The position numbers were made by a program, and so were the translations under genes. Positions 7,968 to 19,362 of a DNA stretch of 64,000 nucleotides are shown here, piece after piece. The DNA is taken from contig DASYAK010000009.1 in NCBI GenBank assembly GCA_036501385.1, positions 37,739 through 101,738 of the forward strand, read 5' to 3'. Source of the DNA: Gemmatimonadales bacterium. GTDB taxonomy: Bacteria > Gemmatimonadota > Gemmatimonadetes > Gemmatimonadales > GWC2-71-9. Each line of letters begins with the position of its first letter. The first letter of the stretch is position 1. The notes below the pieces were generated by a model, which saw only the letters and a program-made list of their open reading frames with translations, searched no databases and was not told the origin of the DNA.

Positions 7968-10900
7968 GTGATCGATCCCCGTCATCAGCGTACCGCGCGC
8001 CTCCGGCGATTGCCTTCCCTGCTGGCTGAACGCATCCTCCTCCTCGACGGCGCGATGGGGACGATGCTGCAGCGCGCCGGGCTGGTCGAGGCCGACTATC
8101 GCGGTGAGCGGTTCGCCGATTCCGCGCGCGACCTCAAGGGAAACCACGACCTTCTCTGCATCACCCGGCCGACGATCGTGGGCGATGTGCACGCCGCGTA
8201 TCTCCAGGCCGGCGCCGACATCATCGAAACCAACTCGTTCAACGCCACACGCATCTCGCAAGCCGAGTACGGGATGCAGGATGTGGTGCGCGACATCAAC
8301 GTTGCCGCAGCGCAGGTCGCGCGCGATGCCGCCGACGCATTCGAGACCGCGGATCGGCCGCGCTACGTCGCAGGCGTCCTCGGCCCGACGTCGGGAACGG
8401 CGTCGATTTCTCCTCGCGTCGACGATCCGGCGTTCCGCAACGTCTCCTTCGATCAACTCGCAGCGGCGTACCGGGAAGCCGCGCACGCGCTCGTCGACGG
8501 CGGTGCCGACATCCTCCTGATCGAGACGGTATTCGACACGCTCAATGCCAAGGCCGCGGTCTTCGGCGTCGAACAGCTCTTCGACGACCTGGGCTTTCGC
8601 GTTCCGGTGATGATTTCGGGGACAATCACCGATCGCAGCGGGCGGACGCTGTCGGGCCAGACCGCGGAAGCATTCTGGATTTCGCTGGCGCACGCGAAGC
8701 CGCTGTCGATCGGGCTCAACTGCGCGCTGGGGCCCGATCTTCTTCGCCAGTACGTGCAGGATCTGGCGCGCGTCGCCGATGTCGCGGTGAGTGCGCATCC
8801 CAACGCCGGCCTTCCCAACGCCCTCGGCGGATATGACCTCGATCCCGCCACGATGGCCGCGGAACTGGGCGAATGGGCGCGCTCGGAGCTGGTGAACATC
8901 GTGGGCGGCTGCTGCGGAACCACACCCGAGCACATCGCGGCGATTGCCGCAGCAGTGCGTGGTGTGAAGCCTCGCCATGTCGTCCTGAGCGACGCGAAGG
9001 GGCAGAGTGACGCGCGGCGCGGCTCCATCCCTTCGCCTGCGGCTCAGGGTGACACGTCGACCGCTCTCGCCGGCCTCGAACCGTTCCTCATCCGGCCCGA
9101 TTCGCTCTTCGTCAATGTCGGCGAGCGCACCAACGTGACCGGGTCGCGCCGCTTTGCGAAACTGATCCAGGAGCACCAGTACGAAGCCGGACTCGAGGTT
9201 GCACGGCAGCAGGTCGACGCCGGCGCACAGATGATCGACGTCAACTTCGACGAAGGGCTCCTCGACGGCGAAGCGGCGATGACGACCTTCCTTCGTCTCA
9301 TGGCATCGGACCCCGCGATCGCGCGCGTCCCGGTGATGGTCGATTCGTCGAAATGGAGCGTCCTCGAGGCCGGCCTCAAGTGTCTGCAGGGAAAAGGCGT
9401 GGTCAACTCGCTGTCGCTCAAGGAAGGCGAGGCGAAATTCCTGGAGCAGGCGCGCCTGGTGCGTCGGTACGGTGCCGCCGCGGTGGTGATGGCATTCGAC
9501 GAAAAGGGCCAGGCCGAAACCGTCGAGCAGCGCGTCAATATCATGGAGCGGGCGTACCGCCTCCTGGTCGACACGGTGGGATTCGCGCCCGGTGATGTGA
9601 TCCTCGACGCGAATGTTTTCGCGGTAGGAACCGGAATCGAAGCGCACGCCGAGTATGGCAACGCCTTCGTCGAGGCAGTGCGCCAGGCGAAGGTTCGCTG
9701 TCCCGGTGCGCTCACGAGCGGCGGAATCAGCAACGTGTCGTTTTCGTTCCGCGGCAACGACGCCGTGCGCGAGGCGATTCACGCGGTCTTCCTCGAACGC
9801 GCCATCGCCGCGGGACTCGACATGGGGATCGTCAACGCCGGACAGTTGCCGGTGATCGATGATCTCGATCCGGAACTCCGCGAACGGGTAGCCGATGTCC
9901 TCTGGAATCGTCGTCCCGACTCAACCGAACGCCTCCTCGAAGTGGCCGATCGCGCCAGGGGACTCGCGGCGGCCACGGCCGATCTTGCCTGGCGCAGTGG
10001 AACGGCGGAAGCGCGCCTTTCGCATGCGCTGGTGCACGGTATTGTCGAATTCATCGAGGCCGACACCGAGGAGGCGCGGCAGAACGCGGCGCGCCCGCTC
10101 GATGTGATCGAAGGGCCGCTGATGGCGGGCATGAACGTCGTGGGCGACCTGTTCGCGGCCGGGAAGATGTTTCTCCCGCAGGTGGTCAAGAGCGCTCGGG
10201 TGATGAAGCGAGCCGTCGCCTATCTGATCCCGTTCCTCGAGGCGCAGCGCGGCAGCGAACCCGTGCGCCGCAGCGGCCGGATCCTCATGGCGACCGTCAA
10301 GGGCGATGTCCACGACATCGGCAAGAACATCGTGGGCGTCGTGCTGCAGTGCAATGAATGGGAAGTGATTGATCTCGGCGTGATGGTACCGGCAGCCACG
10401 ATCATCGAAACCGCGCGCCGCGAGAAAGTTGACATGGTCGGACTATCCGGGCTGATCACGCCTTCCCTCGACGAGATGGCGTTCGTTGCATCGGAATTCG
10501 AGCGTGAACGGTTCGACCTCCCGATCCTGATCGGCGGGGCCACGACGTCGCGCACGCACACCGCGCTACGCATCGCGCCGGCGTACAGCGGCCCGGTGGT
10601 TCACGTGCTGGACGCGTCGCGCGCCGTTCCCGTGGCCAATTCGCTCCGGGACCCGGCGAAGCGACCAGCCTTCGCGTCGGCAGTGGCGGTGGAGTACGCC
10701 GGGATCCGCGCTGCGCGCGCCGGCGAGCACGAAGGCACGCTGATCACGATCGAGGCGGCGCGCGGCAATGCCTTCAAGATCGATCTCGCGCATGAACCTC
10801 CGGTGCCCGCGTTCACCGGAATACTCGACTTCGATCGCTGGCCGCTTGCCGACCTTCGGCGGCGCATTGACTGGACGCCATTTTTCCAGACGTGGGAGAT

Positions 10901-11726
10901 GCCGGGGACGTATCCGTCAATCCTCGAACACGCCGATCATGGTCGCGCCGCACGCGAGCTGTTTGCCGATGCCGAGCGACTCCTCGACGAGGTGGAGCGC
11001 ACCGGCGCGCTCGTCGCACGCGGAGTGGCCGGCTTCTGGCCGGCGAACGCCTGCGGTGACGATATCATCATCTATCGGGACGACAGTCGCGGCGCCGAAC
11101 TCACCCGGATCCACACGCTTCGCCAGCAAGCGCAGCGCAAGGACAACCGGCCATCGCTGGCGCTCGCCGATTTCATTGCACCGGTCGAAAGCGGCATCTC
11201 CGACTACATCGGAGCGTTCGCCGTCACGACTGGCCACGGGCTCACCGCGCTGATTGACGCCGCAAAGGCCGGACACGACGACTATCGCGCCATCATGCTC
11301 TCGGCCCTCGCCGATCGCCTGGCCGAGGCATTCGCCGAGCGGCTGCACGAGGAGGTGCGCCGGGTGCATTGGCCATATGCTCCGGATGAAGCATTGCCCA
11401 ACGACGATCTGATCCATGAGCGCTATCAGGGGATTCGTCCGGCGCCCGGATACCCGGCGTGTCCCGATCACACCGAGAAGAGCATCATCCGCGACCTTCT
11501 CGATCTCGAACGCACGACGGGGATCACGCTCACCGAGTCGTTCGCGATGTGGCCGGGTGCCTCGGTGAGCGGCTGGTATTTCTGGCGCCCCGACGCCCGA
11601 TATTTCGGAGTGGGCCGGATCGGCCGCGATCAGGTGAAGGACTACGCCCGCCGCAAGGGATGGGACGTGGCGACCGCGGAGCGTTGGCTCTCGCCGGTGC
11701 TGGGCTACGCCAGGACAGGTCGATGA
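7968..11726 (+). CDS. metH: Cobalamin-dependent methionine synthase MetH
   Basis: 1252 aa with the full five-module architecture: Hcy S-methyltransferase, pterin-binding, B12-binding cap plus the [10 protein letters not shown] (DxHxxG) motif, and an AdoMet activation domain. Confidence 0.95.
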   Translation: MIDPRHQRTARLRRLPSLLAERILLLDGAMGTMLQRAGLVEADYRGERFADSARDLKGNHDLLCITRPTIVGDVHAAYLQAGADIIETNSFNATRISQAEYGMQDVVRDINVAAAQVARDAADAFETADRPRYVAGVLGPTSGTASISPRVDDPAFRNVSFDQLAAAYREAAHALVDGGADILLIETVFDTLNAKAAVFGVEQLFDDLGFRVPVMISGTITDRSGRTLSGQTAEAFWISLAHAKPLSIGLNCALGPDLLRQYVQDLARVADVAVSAHPNAGLPNALGGYDLDPATMAAELGEWARSELVNIVGGCCGTTPEHIAAIAAAVRGVKPRHVVLSDAKGQSDARRGSIPSPAAQGDTSTALAGLEPFLIRPDSLFVNVGERTNVTGSRRFAKLIQEHQYEAGLEVARQQVDAGAQMIDVNFDEGLLDGEAAMTTFLRLMASDPAIARVPVMVDSSKWSVLEAGLKCLQGKGVVNSLSLKEGEAKFLEQARLVRRYGAAAVVMAFDEKGQAETVEQRVNIMERAYRLLVDTVGFAPGDVILDANVFAVGTGIEAHAEYGNAFVEAVRQAKVRCPGALTSGGISNVSFSFRGNDAVREAIHAVFLERAIAAGLDMGIVNAGQLPVIDDLDPELRERVADVLWNRRPDSTERLLEVADRARGLAAATADLAWRSGTAEARLSHALVHGIVEFIEADTEEARQNAARPLDVIEGPLMAGMNVVGDLFAAGKMFLPQVVKSARVMKRAVAYLIPFLEAQRGSEPVRRSGRILMATVKGDVHDIGKNIVGVVLQCNEWEVIDLGVMVPAATIIETARREKVDMVGLSGLITPSLDEMAFVASEFERERFDLPILIGGATTSRTHTALRIAPAYSGPVVHVLDASRAVPVANSLRDPAKRPAFASAVAVEYAGIRAARAGEHEGTLITIEAARGNAFKIDLAHEPPVPAFTGILDFDRWPLADLRRRIDWTPFFQTWEMPGTYPSILEHADHGRAARELFADAERLLDEVERTGALVARGVAGFWPANACGDDIIIYRDDSRGAELTRIHTLRQQAQRKDNRPSLALADFIAPVESGISDYIGAFAVTTGHGLTALIDAAKAGHDDYRAIMLSALADRLAEAFAERLHEEVRRVHWPYAPDEALPNDDLIHERYQGIRPAPGYPACPDHTEKSIIRDLLDLERTTGITLTESFAMWPGASVSGWYFWRPDARYFGVGRIGRDQVKDYARRKGWDVATAERWLSPVLGYARTGR

Positions 11727-13558
11727 CGACGCTTCGCGACCTGATCGCTGACGGCCGCATTCATCTCGTCGATGGTGCGATGGGCACCATGCTCTACGAC
11801 AAGGGCGTCTTTCTCAACACCTGCTTCGACGAACTCGTGGTGCGGGCGCCCGACGTGGTCGCCAGCGTCCACGCCGCGTATGCCGAGGCCGGCGCCGAGA
11901 TCATCGAAACCAATACCTTCGGCGCCAATCCGGCCAAGCTGGCGCAGTACGGGCTGGGCGCCGATGTCGAGTCGCTCAACGCAGCCGCCGTCCGTCTCGC
12001 ACGGGGCGCGGTGAGGCCCAGTTCCGTGGTCGTCGGTGCGATCGGTCCGCTCGGCGTACGGCTTGAGCCGTTTGGCGAACTCGGTCGCGACGAGGCGGCG
12101 GCGATGTTCGGCCGCCAGGTCGACGGGTTGCTCGCCGGCGGGGTCGATGGTTTCTGCCTCGAAACATTCTCGGACGTGGCTGAACTCGAAGTCGCGGTGA
12201 AAGCGGTGCGCGATCGCAGTGGCCTCGCCGTGATGGCTCAGGTGACCGTTGGGCCGGATGGCCGCACGGCGTATGGCACGGCACCGGAAGCGTTCGGGCC
12301 GGCGCTGGAAGCCGCCGGCGCCGACGTCATCGGAATCAACTGTTCCATCGGCCCGCAGGTTGTCCTCGAAGCGGTGGAGCGACTCGTCCGCGTGGTGCAC
12401 GTGCCGGTATCGGCGCAGCCGAACGCCGGACTCCCCCGCGATGTCGCCGATCGCAAGATCTACATGGCGTCGCCGGAGTACATGGCAGAATATGCCCGGC
12501 GCATGGTCGAAGCCGGAGTGCGCTTCGTGGGCGGATGTTGCGGGACAACGCCCTCGCATATCCGGGCAATTCGATCATTCGTGCGCAGCACGCAGCCGAG
12601 GACGCCGGCAGCCACGACGCCTATGACGGAGATCACCGGGAGCGCGCGTGGTGTCACCGAGGTTCCCCTGGCCGAGCGCTCGAGTTTCGGCGCCAAGCTC
12701 GCCGCCGGGGCATGGATCACGACGGTGGAGATCGTTCCGCCGCGCGGCGTCGATGCCGGCCCGATGCTGGCACAGGCGCGCGCGCTCAAGGCCGCCGGGA
12801 TCGACGCCGTCAACATCCCCGATGGTCCGCGGGCGCAGAGTCGTCAGGGCGCCCTCATCTCCGGACTCCTGATCGAGCGTGAAGTCGGTCTCGAGGCGGT
12901 GGTCCACTACGCCTGCCGTGATCGCAATCTCCTCGGCATGCTTTCCGATCTGCTGGGTGCCGCTGCGGCCGGGCTTCGCAATCTGCTGATCGTCACCGGC
13001 GACCCGCCCAAGATGGGCCCGTATCCCGACGCAACGGCGGTGTTCGACATCGACGCCATCGGGCTCACCAACCTCGTGGCGCGACTCAATCGCGGGCTCG
13101 ATCCCGGCGGCAACCCGATCGGGGCTCCCACTCGGTTCGTCCCGGGGGTTGGCGTCAATCCCGCCGCCACCGACCCCGATCGCGAGCTGCGACGCTTCGC
13201 GTGGAAAGCGGAAGCCGGGGCGCGATTCGCGATGACACAACCGGTCTTCGATCTGGTTCAGCTGGAAGTCTTCCTGGCGCGCGCCGCCGAATTCCGGGTT
13301 CCGATCATCGCCGGGATCTGGCCGCTGGTGTCATTGCGCAATGCCGAGTTCCTGGCCAACGAGGTTCCCGGCGTGACCGTCCCGACCAGCACGCTCCACC
13401 GGATGCGCGCCGCGAGCGACCGCGGGAAGGAGGCGGCGCTGGCCGAAGGGATCGCGATCGCGCGCGAGATGCTCGCGGCGGTGCGCGGAACTGTGGCCGG
13501 CGTGCAAGTCTCGGCGCCGCTGGGAAAGGTGGACGTGGCGCTGGAGGTGCTGGGGTAG
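11723..13558 (+). CDS. Bifunctional homocysteine S-methyltransferase / 5,10-methylenetetrahydrofolate reductase (YitJ-type fusion)
   Basis: The N-terminal domain is HMT-like ([14 protein letters not shown] ... [11 protein letters not shown]) and the C-terminal domain is MTHFR-like. The ATG at 11723 overlaps the metH stop (ATGA). The upstream part of ORF 11459..13558 lies inside metH. Confidence 0.88.
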   Translation: MTTLRDLIADGRIHLVDGAMGTMLYDKGVFLNTCFDELVVRAPDVVASVHAAYAEAGAEIIETNTFGANPAKLAQYGLGADVESLNAAAVRLARGAVRPSSVVVGAIGPLGVRLEPFGELGRDEAAAMFGRQVDGLLAGGVDGFCLETFSDVAELEVAVKAVRDRSGLAVMAQVTVGPDGRTAYGTAPEAFGPALEAAGADVIGINCSIGPQVVLEAVERLVRVVHVPVSAQPNAGLPRDVADRKIYMASPEYMAEYARRMVEAGVRFVGGCCGTTPSHIRAIRSFVRSTQPRTPAATTPMTEITGSARGVTEVPLAERSSFGAKLAAGAWITTVEIVPPRGVDAGPMLAQARALKAAGIDAVNIPDGPRAQSRQGALISGLLIEREVGLEAVVHYACRDRNLLGMLSDLLGAAAAGLRNLLIVTGDPPKMGPYPDATAVFDIDAIGLTNLVARLNRGLDPGGNPIGAPTRFVPGVGVNPAATDPDRELRRFAWKAEAGARFAMTQPVFDLVQLEVFLARAAEFRVPIIAGIWPLVSLRNAEFLANEVPGVTVPTSTLHRMRAASDRGKEAALAEGIAIAREMLAAVRGTVAGVQVSAPLGKVDVALEVLG

Positions 13559-13606
13559 ACGCTGTTCCCCCTTATCTTCTCGCGTCTCCCTCTTCTGAGT
13601 CGCTCG

Positions 13607-14767
13607 ATGACGCTCGCCACCGCCGCAGCCCCGCTCACTGTCCTCTCCGAGGAAGAGGAACTCTTCCGTCAGACGGTGCGTGAATTCGCCGAAACGGTGG
13701 TGGCGCCCCACGTCCACGAGATGGACGAGGCCTCCCAGATGCGCCCCGAGCTGATCGCCAGCTTCTTCGAGCTCGGGCTGATGGGGATCGAGATCCCTGA
13801 GCAATTCGGTGGCGCTGGCGGAACGATCTTCCTGGCGATGCTGGCGATCGAGGAGCTGGCCCGGGTCGACGCCTCGGCGGCGATCTACGTCGACGTGCAC
13901 AACACGCTTTTCAACAATGCCCTGATTCGCCGGGCCAATGACGAACAGAAGGCGCGCTACTTCCCGCGCCTCACGACCGACCTCCTCGGCGCGTTCGCGC
14001 TCTCGGAGCCTGCGTCGGGATCCGACGCATTCGCCCTTGAATGTCGCGCAACGCAGGACGGCGACGATTGGCTGCTCACCGGACGGAAATTCTGGATCAC
14101 CAGCGGGGCCGAGGCCGGAATCTTCATTGTCTTTGCGAACATCGATCCGTCGATGGGGTACAAGGGGATCACTGCGTTCCTCGTCGAGCGCGACTTTCCC
14201 GGCTTCAGCGTCGGAAAACGCGAGAAGAAACTCGGCATCCGCGCATCGAGTACCGTGGAACTGATCCTTGAGAAATGCCGGGTCCCGGCGGCCAACGTTC
14301 TCGGGCCGGTCGGCCAGGGGTACAAGATCTCCATCGAGACCCTCAATGAGGGGCGGATCGGGATCGGGGCTCAGATGGTGGGGATTGCCCAGGGGGCGCT
14401 CGACGCCGCCTCGCGCTATATCGGGGAGCGGAAGCAGTTCGGCAAGACACTTGCAGAGTTTCAGGGCGTTCAGTTCCAGGTTGCCCAGATGGCGACCGAT
14501 CTTGAAGCCGCCCGCCTGATGGTCTACAACGCCGCCAGGCTCAAGGACGCCGGGCTCCCCTTCACCCGCGAGGCGGCGATGGCGAAACTCTTCTCATCGG
14601 TCACCGCCAACCGGATCGCGGGGCAGGCCGTAGAGCTGTTCGGCGGATACGGTTACAGCCGGGAATACCCGGTCGAAAAGTTCTACCGCGACGCCAAGAT
14701 CGGCGTGATCTACGAGGGAACCAGCAACATGCAATTGCAGACGATCGCGAAGTTGCATTTGAAGTAA
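13607..14767 (+). CDS. Acyl-CoA dehydrogenase (short/branched-chain type)
   Basis: 386 aa that aligns by eye over its full length with ACAD family proteins (FALSEPASGSD, WITSG, YEGTSNMQ). Confidence 0.9.
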   Translation: MTLATAAAPLTVLSEEEELFRQTVREFAETVVAPHVHEMDEASQMRPELIASFFELGLMGIEIPEQFGGAGGTIFLAMLAIEELARVDASAAIYVDVHNTLFNNALIRRANDEQKARYFPRLTTDLLGAFALSEPASGSDAFALECRATQDGDDWLLTGRKFWITSGAEAGIFIVFANIDPSMGYKGITAFLVERDFPGFSVGKREKKLGIRASSTVELILEKCRVPAANVLGPVGQGYKISIETLNEGRIGIGAQMVGIAQGALDAASRYIGERKQFGKTLAEFQGVQFQVAQMATDLEAARLMVYNAARLKDAGLPFTREAAMAKLFSSVTANRIAGQAVELFGGYGYSREYPVEKFYRDAKIGVIYEGTSNMQLQTIAKLHLK

Positions 14768-14831
14768 GTCACGGAACCCCAGGCCGAATCGTCTTGTAAT
14801 AGTGCCATTGGACCACTCACCACGGATCACG

Positions 14832-16325
14832 ATGTCCCGTTTCGCCGTAGTCACCGCCCTCATTGTCGCAGTCCCTTTGGCGACCCGTGCCCCGCGCCTG
14901 AGCGCGCAGAGCGCGGCGGCGGTGACCCCGGTTCTCGACGCCTGGTGGAGCCGCACTTCGCACCGCTCGCCGGGAACCTGGGGCGTCGTTGTCGCCGACC
15001 AGAACGGCCATGTGCTCTGGCAGGTGAACGAAGACAATCCGATGATCCCCGCATCGACGGTCAAGGTTCTCACGACGGGTTTCACCCGGACTGCAGTGGG
15101 CGGCGACGCTCGGCGCGCGACCCGCGTGATCGGATCGGGACACATCGATTCGGCAACCGGAATGTGGGTGGGACGCTGGGCGCTCGAGATGAACGGCGAC
15201 CCGACGCTCGAACGCGCCGACCGGACCGGGCCCACGCTGGAACAACTCGCCCAGCAGCTCGCCGCGATCGGAATTCATCATCTGGTCGGGCCGCTCGACG
15301 TGACCACCAGTTCTGCCACGACCGTCGGTCAGCCACGCTCGATCTATCCGGCGGTCTGGTCGGATCGATTCCGCGGCCGGATCTACGCGCCGCCCATCGG
15401 CCCGATCACGCTCAACGAGAATGTCGTGTCGGTCACTGTTGGCCCCGGTGCCAGGATCGGCGCCCGCCCCGTCGTGATCGGTGATGCGCCGAGCGGAGTG
15501 GGCACGCTGGTCGACATGGCGGCCAAGACCGTCGCCGGCCGCGGAACAGGGCTCCATTTCTCGCCCGGCAAGGATGGACGTTGGGTGGTGAGCGGGAAGG
15601 TCGGCCTGCACGGTCGGCCCCGGCGCTTTGAAGCGGTGTCGTCGGATCCCACGGCAGTCCTCGAAGCCGCATGGCAGCACGCGACCGCCGCCGCGGGTAT
15701 CCAGTGGACCCGCGCTTCCGCAATGTCGGCGCCCGTGATGACCAATAAGCGCGTCCTCGCCGAAGTCGCCTCGGCGACGTTCGATTCGATCGCCCACGAG
15801 GTCAACACCCGGTCGCTCAACATCGGCGCCGAGATGATGCTGCTGTGGGGTGGGAGCGATCCGACCCCGGCCGACCAGCTCACCGATTTCGTTCGCAAGG
15901 TGACCGGGCTCAACGGCGTCCATCTCGTCGACGGGAGCGGGCTATCGGAAGAAGATCGCGTCTCGCCGATCGTCTTCACCACCTATCTGGCGAAGATTCC
16001 GCAGACGGCGGCCGGGAAGAATTTCCCGATGCTCTTCCCCGCCAACGGCTTCGGCACCTTGCGCCGTCTCGCGAGCGGGCTCCCCGAAGCAGGCGTGGTT
16101 CGCGCCAAGACCGGCACACTCACCAACGTCTCGACGCTGGTCGGTTATCTCGGCCGCGACGACGGGACGCTGATCATCGCCGCGATGTACAATGGCGGCG
16201 CCCAGTACGCCGCCAAGCAGGCGCAATGGGATCTCTTCCGCAAGCTCGGTGCGCACGGAGTTGTTGTTCCGGCAGATCTGGGCGAAGATGCCGCTCTTGG
16301 CGGACCGAGCGTCAACCAGAAGTAG
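14832..16325 (+). CDS. dacB: D-alanyl-D-alanine carboxypeptidase/endopeptidase, PBP4 (peptidase S13) family
   Basis: It has a signal peptide, an active-site ASTVK (SxxK) motif, and S13-like length and C-terminal KTGTL motif. The ATG at 14832 lies within ORF 14802..16325. Confidence 0.85.
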   Translation: MSRFAVVTALIVAVPLATRAPRLSAQSAAAVTPVLDAWWSRTSHRSPGTWGVVVADQNGHVLWQVNEDNPMIPASTVKVLTTGFTRTAVGGDARRATRVIGSGHIDSATGMWVGRWALEMNGDPTLERADRTGPTLEQLAQQLAAIGIHHLVGPLDVTTSSATTVGQPRSIYPAVWSDRFRGRIYAPPIGPITLNENVVSVTVGPGARIGARPVVIGDAPSGVGTLVDMAAKTVAGRGTGLHFSPGKDGRWVVSGKVGLHGRPRRFEAVSSDPTAVLEAAWQHATAAAGIQWTRASAMSAPVMTNKRVLAEVASATFDSIAHEVNTRSLNIGAEMMLLWGGSDPTPADQLTDFVRKVTGLNGVHLVDGSGLSEEDRVSPIVFTTYLAKIPQTAAGKNFPMLFPANGFGTLRRLASGLPEAGVVRAKTGTLTNVSTLVGYLGRDDGTLIIAAMYNGGAQYAAKQAQWDLFRKLGAHGVVVPADLGEDAALGGPSVNQK

Positions 16326-16350
16326 CGCGGCATCGTGGGTGGGGAAATGG

Positions 16351-16381
16351 AACAGCCGGTCGCAGTCAGCGGCCGGCTGTT
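16351..16381 (+). terminator. GC-rich hairpin downstream of dacB (intrinsic terminator candidate)
   Basis: AACAGCCGGTCGC-AGTCA-GCGGCCGGCTGTT forms a 13-bp stem with one mismatch, followed by GAGTTTC. It lies between convergent stops at 16325 and 16408. Confidence 0.6.
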
Positions 16382-16407
16382 GAGTTTCAGGCCTGTGTGT
16401 AGCTCGG

Positions 16408-17439
16408 TCAGCAGCTTATGGCGCCATTCGCGACGGTGGCGAACGGCGAGCTTGGATAGTTGTAATAGAGATGCACCGTGCCTGATGTGGATGCGGTGAA
16501 GAATGTGTCGGTGTACCCGATCGAATCACTGGTCGAGCCAGCAGCCGTGACGCCGGTGGTGTCAGATGACGGCGTCACATCGTAGACGAGATGCGGTGAG
16601 GCGTAGAGACTGCTGCGAATCCGGAACTTGTTTCCGCACACGTACGTGAGAGTGATCCACGACGTGTCGACTAACGTGTGCAGCATGTAATCCGTGTTGG
16701 CCCGCAGCATGAAGTACGCGGCGTCATTGATCACCGACCCGCCACCATACGTGCGGGCCGAGTCGAGAATGGCGGAGTAGCCCAATACCGAGATACTTGA
16801 CGCGTGCGAATAGCCTTTGAGGAAATTGCACCAAGAGGAAGCGGCTGTAATCCATCCGAGATTGCACGCGCCGGTGGTCACGACCCAGAGGTGATTGTAG
16901 ATGTTGAGCATCGTCCGGGACGTGGGGAAGGTATCCACGCCGACGGTTTGAATGATCTTGCTGAGGTCGGCGTACGGGTCGAGCGACGGAGCGTTAGCTA
17001 CGGCGACCGAATCGTCTTCGTCGACAACGGGCAAGCTGTCACCATGATACCACGCGGTCGCGATGCCCGGCAGGCCAATTGCCTTGAGAGTGAGTGTAGG
17101 AGTTGAATCTCCGGCACCGATCCCGGCGAGTGCCACCCACGACGCTCCAGTGATTCCGCTAAATAGCTTGCGAATGACCCACACCGAATCCGGGCTTGGA
17201 ACCACAATCATCGTCGGTGTCATCGTCAGCTTGATCTTGAACGACACCAACCGTTCGAGACTCCCCACATCGCTCAGAAGCGAATATGATACGATGGTCG
17301 TGTCCTGCGACATTGTGACGACACGAACTCGCGCGGTCGCGGTGAGGTTCGTGCCGGGGAGCGATTGCGCTTCGGCCCATTGTGTGTCGAAGCTAAGGAG
17401 GGCAATGATGCCTGCGAATAGCCGAGTCAAAGTTTGCAT
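16408..17439 (-). CDS. Secreted protein of unknown function (second gene of the low-GC cassette)
   Basis: 343 aa. The signal peptide MQTLTRLFAGIIALLSFDTQWAEAQ has an AEA-Q cleavage-like site. The ATG overlaps the upstream gene by 13 nt. G+C is about 50%. No family recognised. Confidence 0.8.
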   Translation of the reverse strand: MQTLTRLFAGIIALLSFDTQWAEAQSLPGTNLTATARVRVVTMSQDTTIVSYSLLSDVGSLERLVSFKIKLTMTPTMIVVPSPDSVWVIRKLFSGITGASWVALAGIGAGDSTPTLTLKAIGLPGIATAWYHGDSLPVVDEDDSVAVANAPSLDPYADLSKIIQTVGVDTFPTSRTMLNIYNHLWVVTTGACNLGWITAASSWCNFLKGYSHASSISVLGYSAILDSARTYGGGSVINDAAYFMLRANTDYMLHTLVDTSWITLTYVCGNKFRIRSSLYASPHLVYDVTPSSDTTGVTAAGSTSDSIGYTDTFFTASTSGTVHLYYNYPSSPFATVANGAISC

Positions 17440-19253
17440 GTTATCCCCAGTTCCTTACTCTGCTGAAGATGCCAATGCTCCTGGGGGGCGGGTTCAGGAT
17501 GGACACATCCGTGCAACGAATCATTCCAGAAGTCAAACACCCAGTTTTTTTCCATATAGGTGAGCGCACCAGGCGCGCCGGCTTTAGTCCTGATATCCGC
17601 GCTCCGTCCAGCGCGGTGCTCCACGTGCCCGCCGCTCCAGAGCTTCGCGGTATCGTAGTCGAAGCGCCCGCCCCAGGGGAGGCTCATATCGTTCAGAGGG
17701 AGCGGTTTGCCATGGTGTGCCGCCGCGAACGATGAAGCAAGCGTCGAAAGCATCGTTTCCATCGAGTCCGTGGCATAGTGACTGTCGGCTGTGGGGTGGG
17801 CGATCGTTGGACCAATCCACAATATCGTGCTCGACGAATCAACTCGGTGAAGGCCATCTACGCCCACTGCCAGCCTGGCCAGGGCGGTGTCAGCCGACAG
17901 ATACGTCGCGCGGATTGTCTCAGGGGCCGAATACTGAGAGGACCGATAGGTGAAGGTCCCAATGGAGTCGCCAGTGCTCACAGTAGCGGGCACTGTCCCC
18001 CGCGGCTTGGCTGGCCCGCCACTGACCCCAAAGTGATGATGACCATAGGAGCCGTCTGATCCGGAACCGCCGCTATCGACCGGAATTACAACCAGCCCAA
18101 TTGTGCGATTCGACAACGGGTGTCCCGCAGAGTCAATCCTGATCCTGAACTGCATTGAATCCGGCCACGCGGCGCCGGAGTATGTCGGCTTGATGTCAGC
18201 CCTGGCGAATTCCTTGGGGAGAAGGAGTGGAATGCCGTTGTTCATCGGTGTTGAGGCCGTATCGAACGAAATCACGATTCGCGGCTTCAGCGTGATCACG
18301 ACGTCGTACGCCACATAGTCGCTGTGAGCTGGGTTCAGGACAAGCATATTGATCGAACCGGAAAACGAAGCAGAATCGGGGTGATTGACTCCCGCCGAGT
18401 CGCTGTATGCAAAGTCCGAAAAGGCGAAGGCGCCGGACGAATCGTACGCGGTCGCGGTGTTGCCCACGAACGTCGGATCCTCTATCAGGATGTTCGCCGC
18501 TTGAATCGGCTTCGAAAAGGTGATGGCGATCAACCTCGAGGCACTGGTACCGCTATCACTCTGGAATTCTTCCGCGGACCAGGTACTTGGCGTGTAGAAC
18601 GGTGTGACCGCCCAGTCAACCGAGCCGCAAGTCCCGGTCGCGGCCGTGATCTCGCACACGGATGAATCGCCGCACGATCCACCTGAACAGAGTCGCGCGC
18701 GAGTCGCGAGAGCTGCCCGGTGCCAGGGTGTCGAGGCATGAGTCACCGAACCACCGGTGACCTGCTGAATCAGGCGGACATCGGCAGCCGGACGCCGGAG
18801 GGTGCCACGTCGTACGGAATACTTCACCCCGACCGATTGAGCGGTGGCAAATGAAAACACGTCGATGCTGGCAGGTAGCGTCTTGAGCGGGTACTCCTCG
18901 CTCGTGCCATCGACGTCGATCACGAGGGCGGCTGATGCGTCCGCTCCAGAAAGTTCGCCATTTGCGTTGATCGCGAGCGCGATCTGGTCGCCAGCGTGCC
19001 CGCTAACCTGAAACTCCGCAAGCCGGAGCAGTGCGCTGACGGAATCCTTGGCGCCGCCGGTTGCGGCGAGTGGAGTGGCGTTGTCGATGATCACACAGTC
19101 GGCGGAACAGAGGATGTTCCCGCCGGGAGTTGGAGCAGTGACTGGCCGATTGTTGACCAAGTCGGGGTCGGTCCAACACCCAACCACGCCGACAACTGCA
19201 CAAAGAACCACCCCGCACAGAAGCGCCGATCCGGCGCCGTTGCTCCATCGCAT
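17427..19253 (-). CDS. Lipoprotein with a C-terminal MepA/LAS-type zinc metallopeptidase signature (first gene of the low-GC cassette)
   Basis: 608 aa with a lipobox (VVGVVGC) and GGAGG 6 nt upstream of the ATG. The C-terminus reads LNDMSLPWGGRF...GGHVEHRAGRSADI...QEHWHL, which fits the H-x(6)-D plus H-x-H zinc ligand pattern of LAS peptidases. The N-terminal 500 aa are unrecognised. Confidence 0.85.
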   Translation of the reverse strand: MRWSNGAGSALLCGVVLCAVVGVVGCWTDPDLVNNRPVTAPTPGGNILCSADCVIIDNATPLAATGGAKDSVSALLRLAEFQVSGHAGDQIALAINANGELSGADASAALVIDVDGTSEEYPLKTLPASIDVFSFATAQSVGVKYSVRRGTLRRPAADVRLIQQVTGGSVTHASTPWHRAALATRARLCSGGSCGDSSVCEITAATGTCGSVDWAVTPFYTPSTWSAEEFQSDSGTSASRLIAITFSKPIQAANILIEDPTFVGNTATAYDSSGAFAFSDFAYSDSAGVNHPDSASFSGSINMLVLNPAHSDYVAYDVVITLKPRIVISFDTASTPMNNGIPLLLPKEFARADIKPTYSGAAWPDSMQFRIRIDSAGHPLSNRTIGLVVIPVDSGGSGSDGSYGHHHFGVSGGPAKPRGTVPATVSTGDSIGTFTYRSSQYSAPETIRATYLSADTALARLAVGVDGLHRVDSSSTILWIGPTIAHPTADSHYATDSMETMLSTLASSFAAAHHGKPLPLNDMSLPWGGRFDYDTAKLWSGGHVEHRAGRSADIRTKAGAPGALTYMEKNWVFDFWNDSLHGCVHPEPAPQEHWHLQQSKELGITCKL

Positions 19254-19362
19254 GCGCTACCTCCACATGTCGCGTGATTGCCGGGCAGCCCGTCTAACAC
19301 GGCGAGTGCCAGCGACCAAAGCTTCCGCCACGTGAACCCACCGCGCAATTGCTCAACCGGAC

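Noticed and set aside
7902-9782. 626-aa minus-strand ORF
   Set aside because: It is antisense to metH, whose identity is unambiguous.
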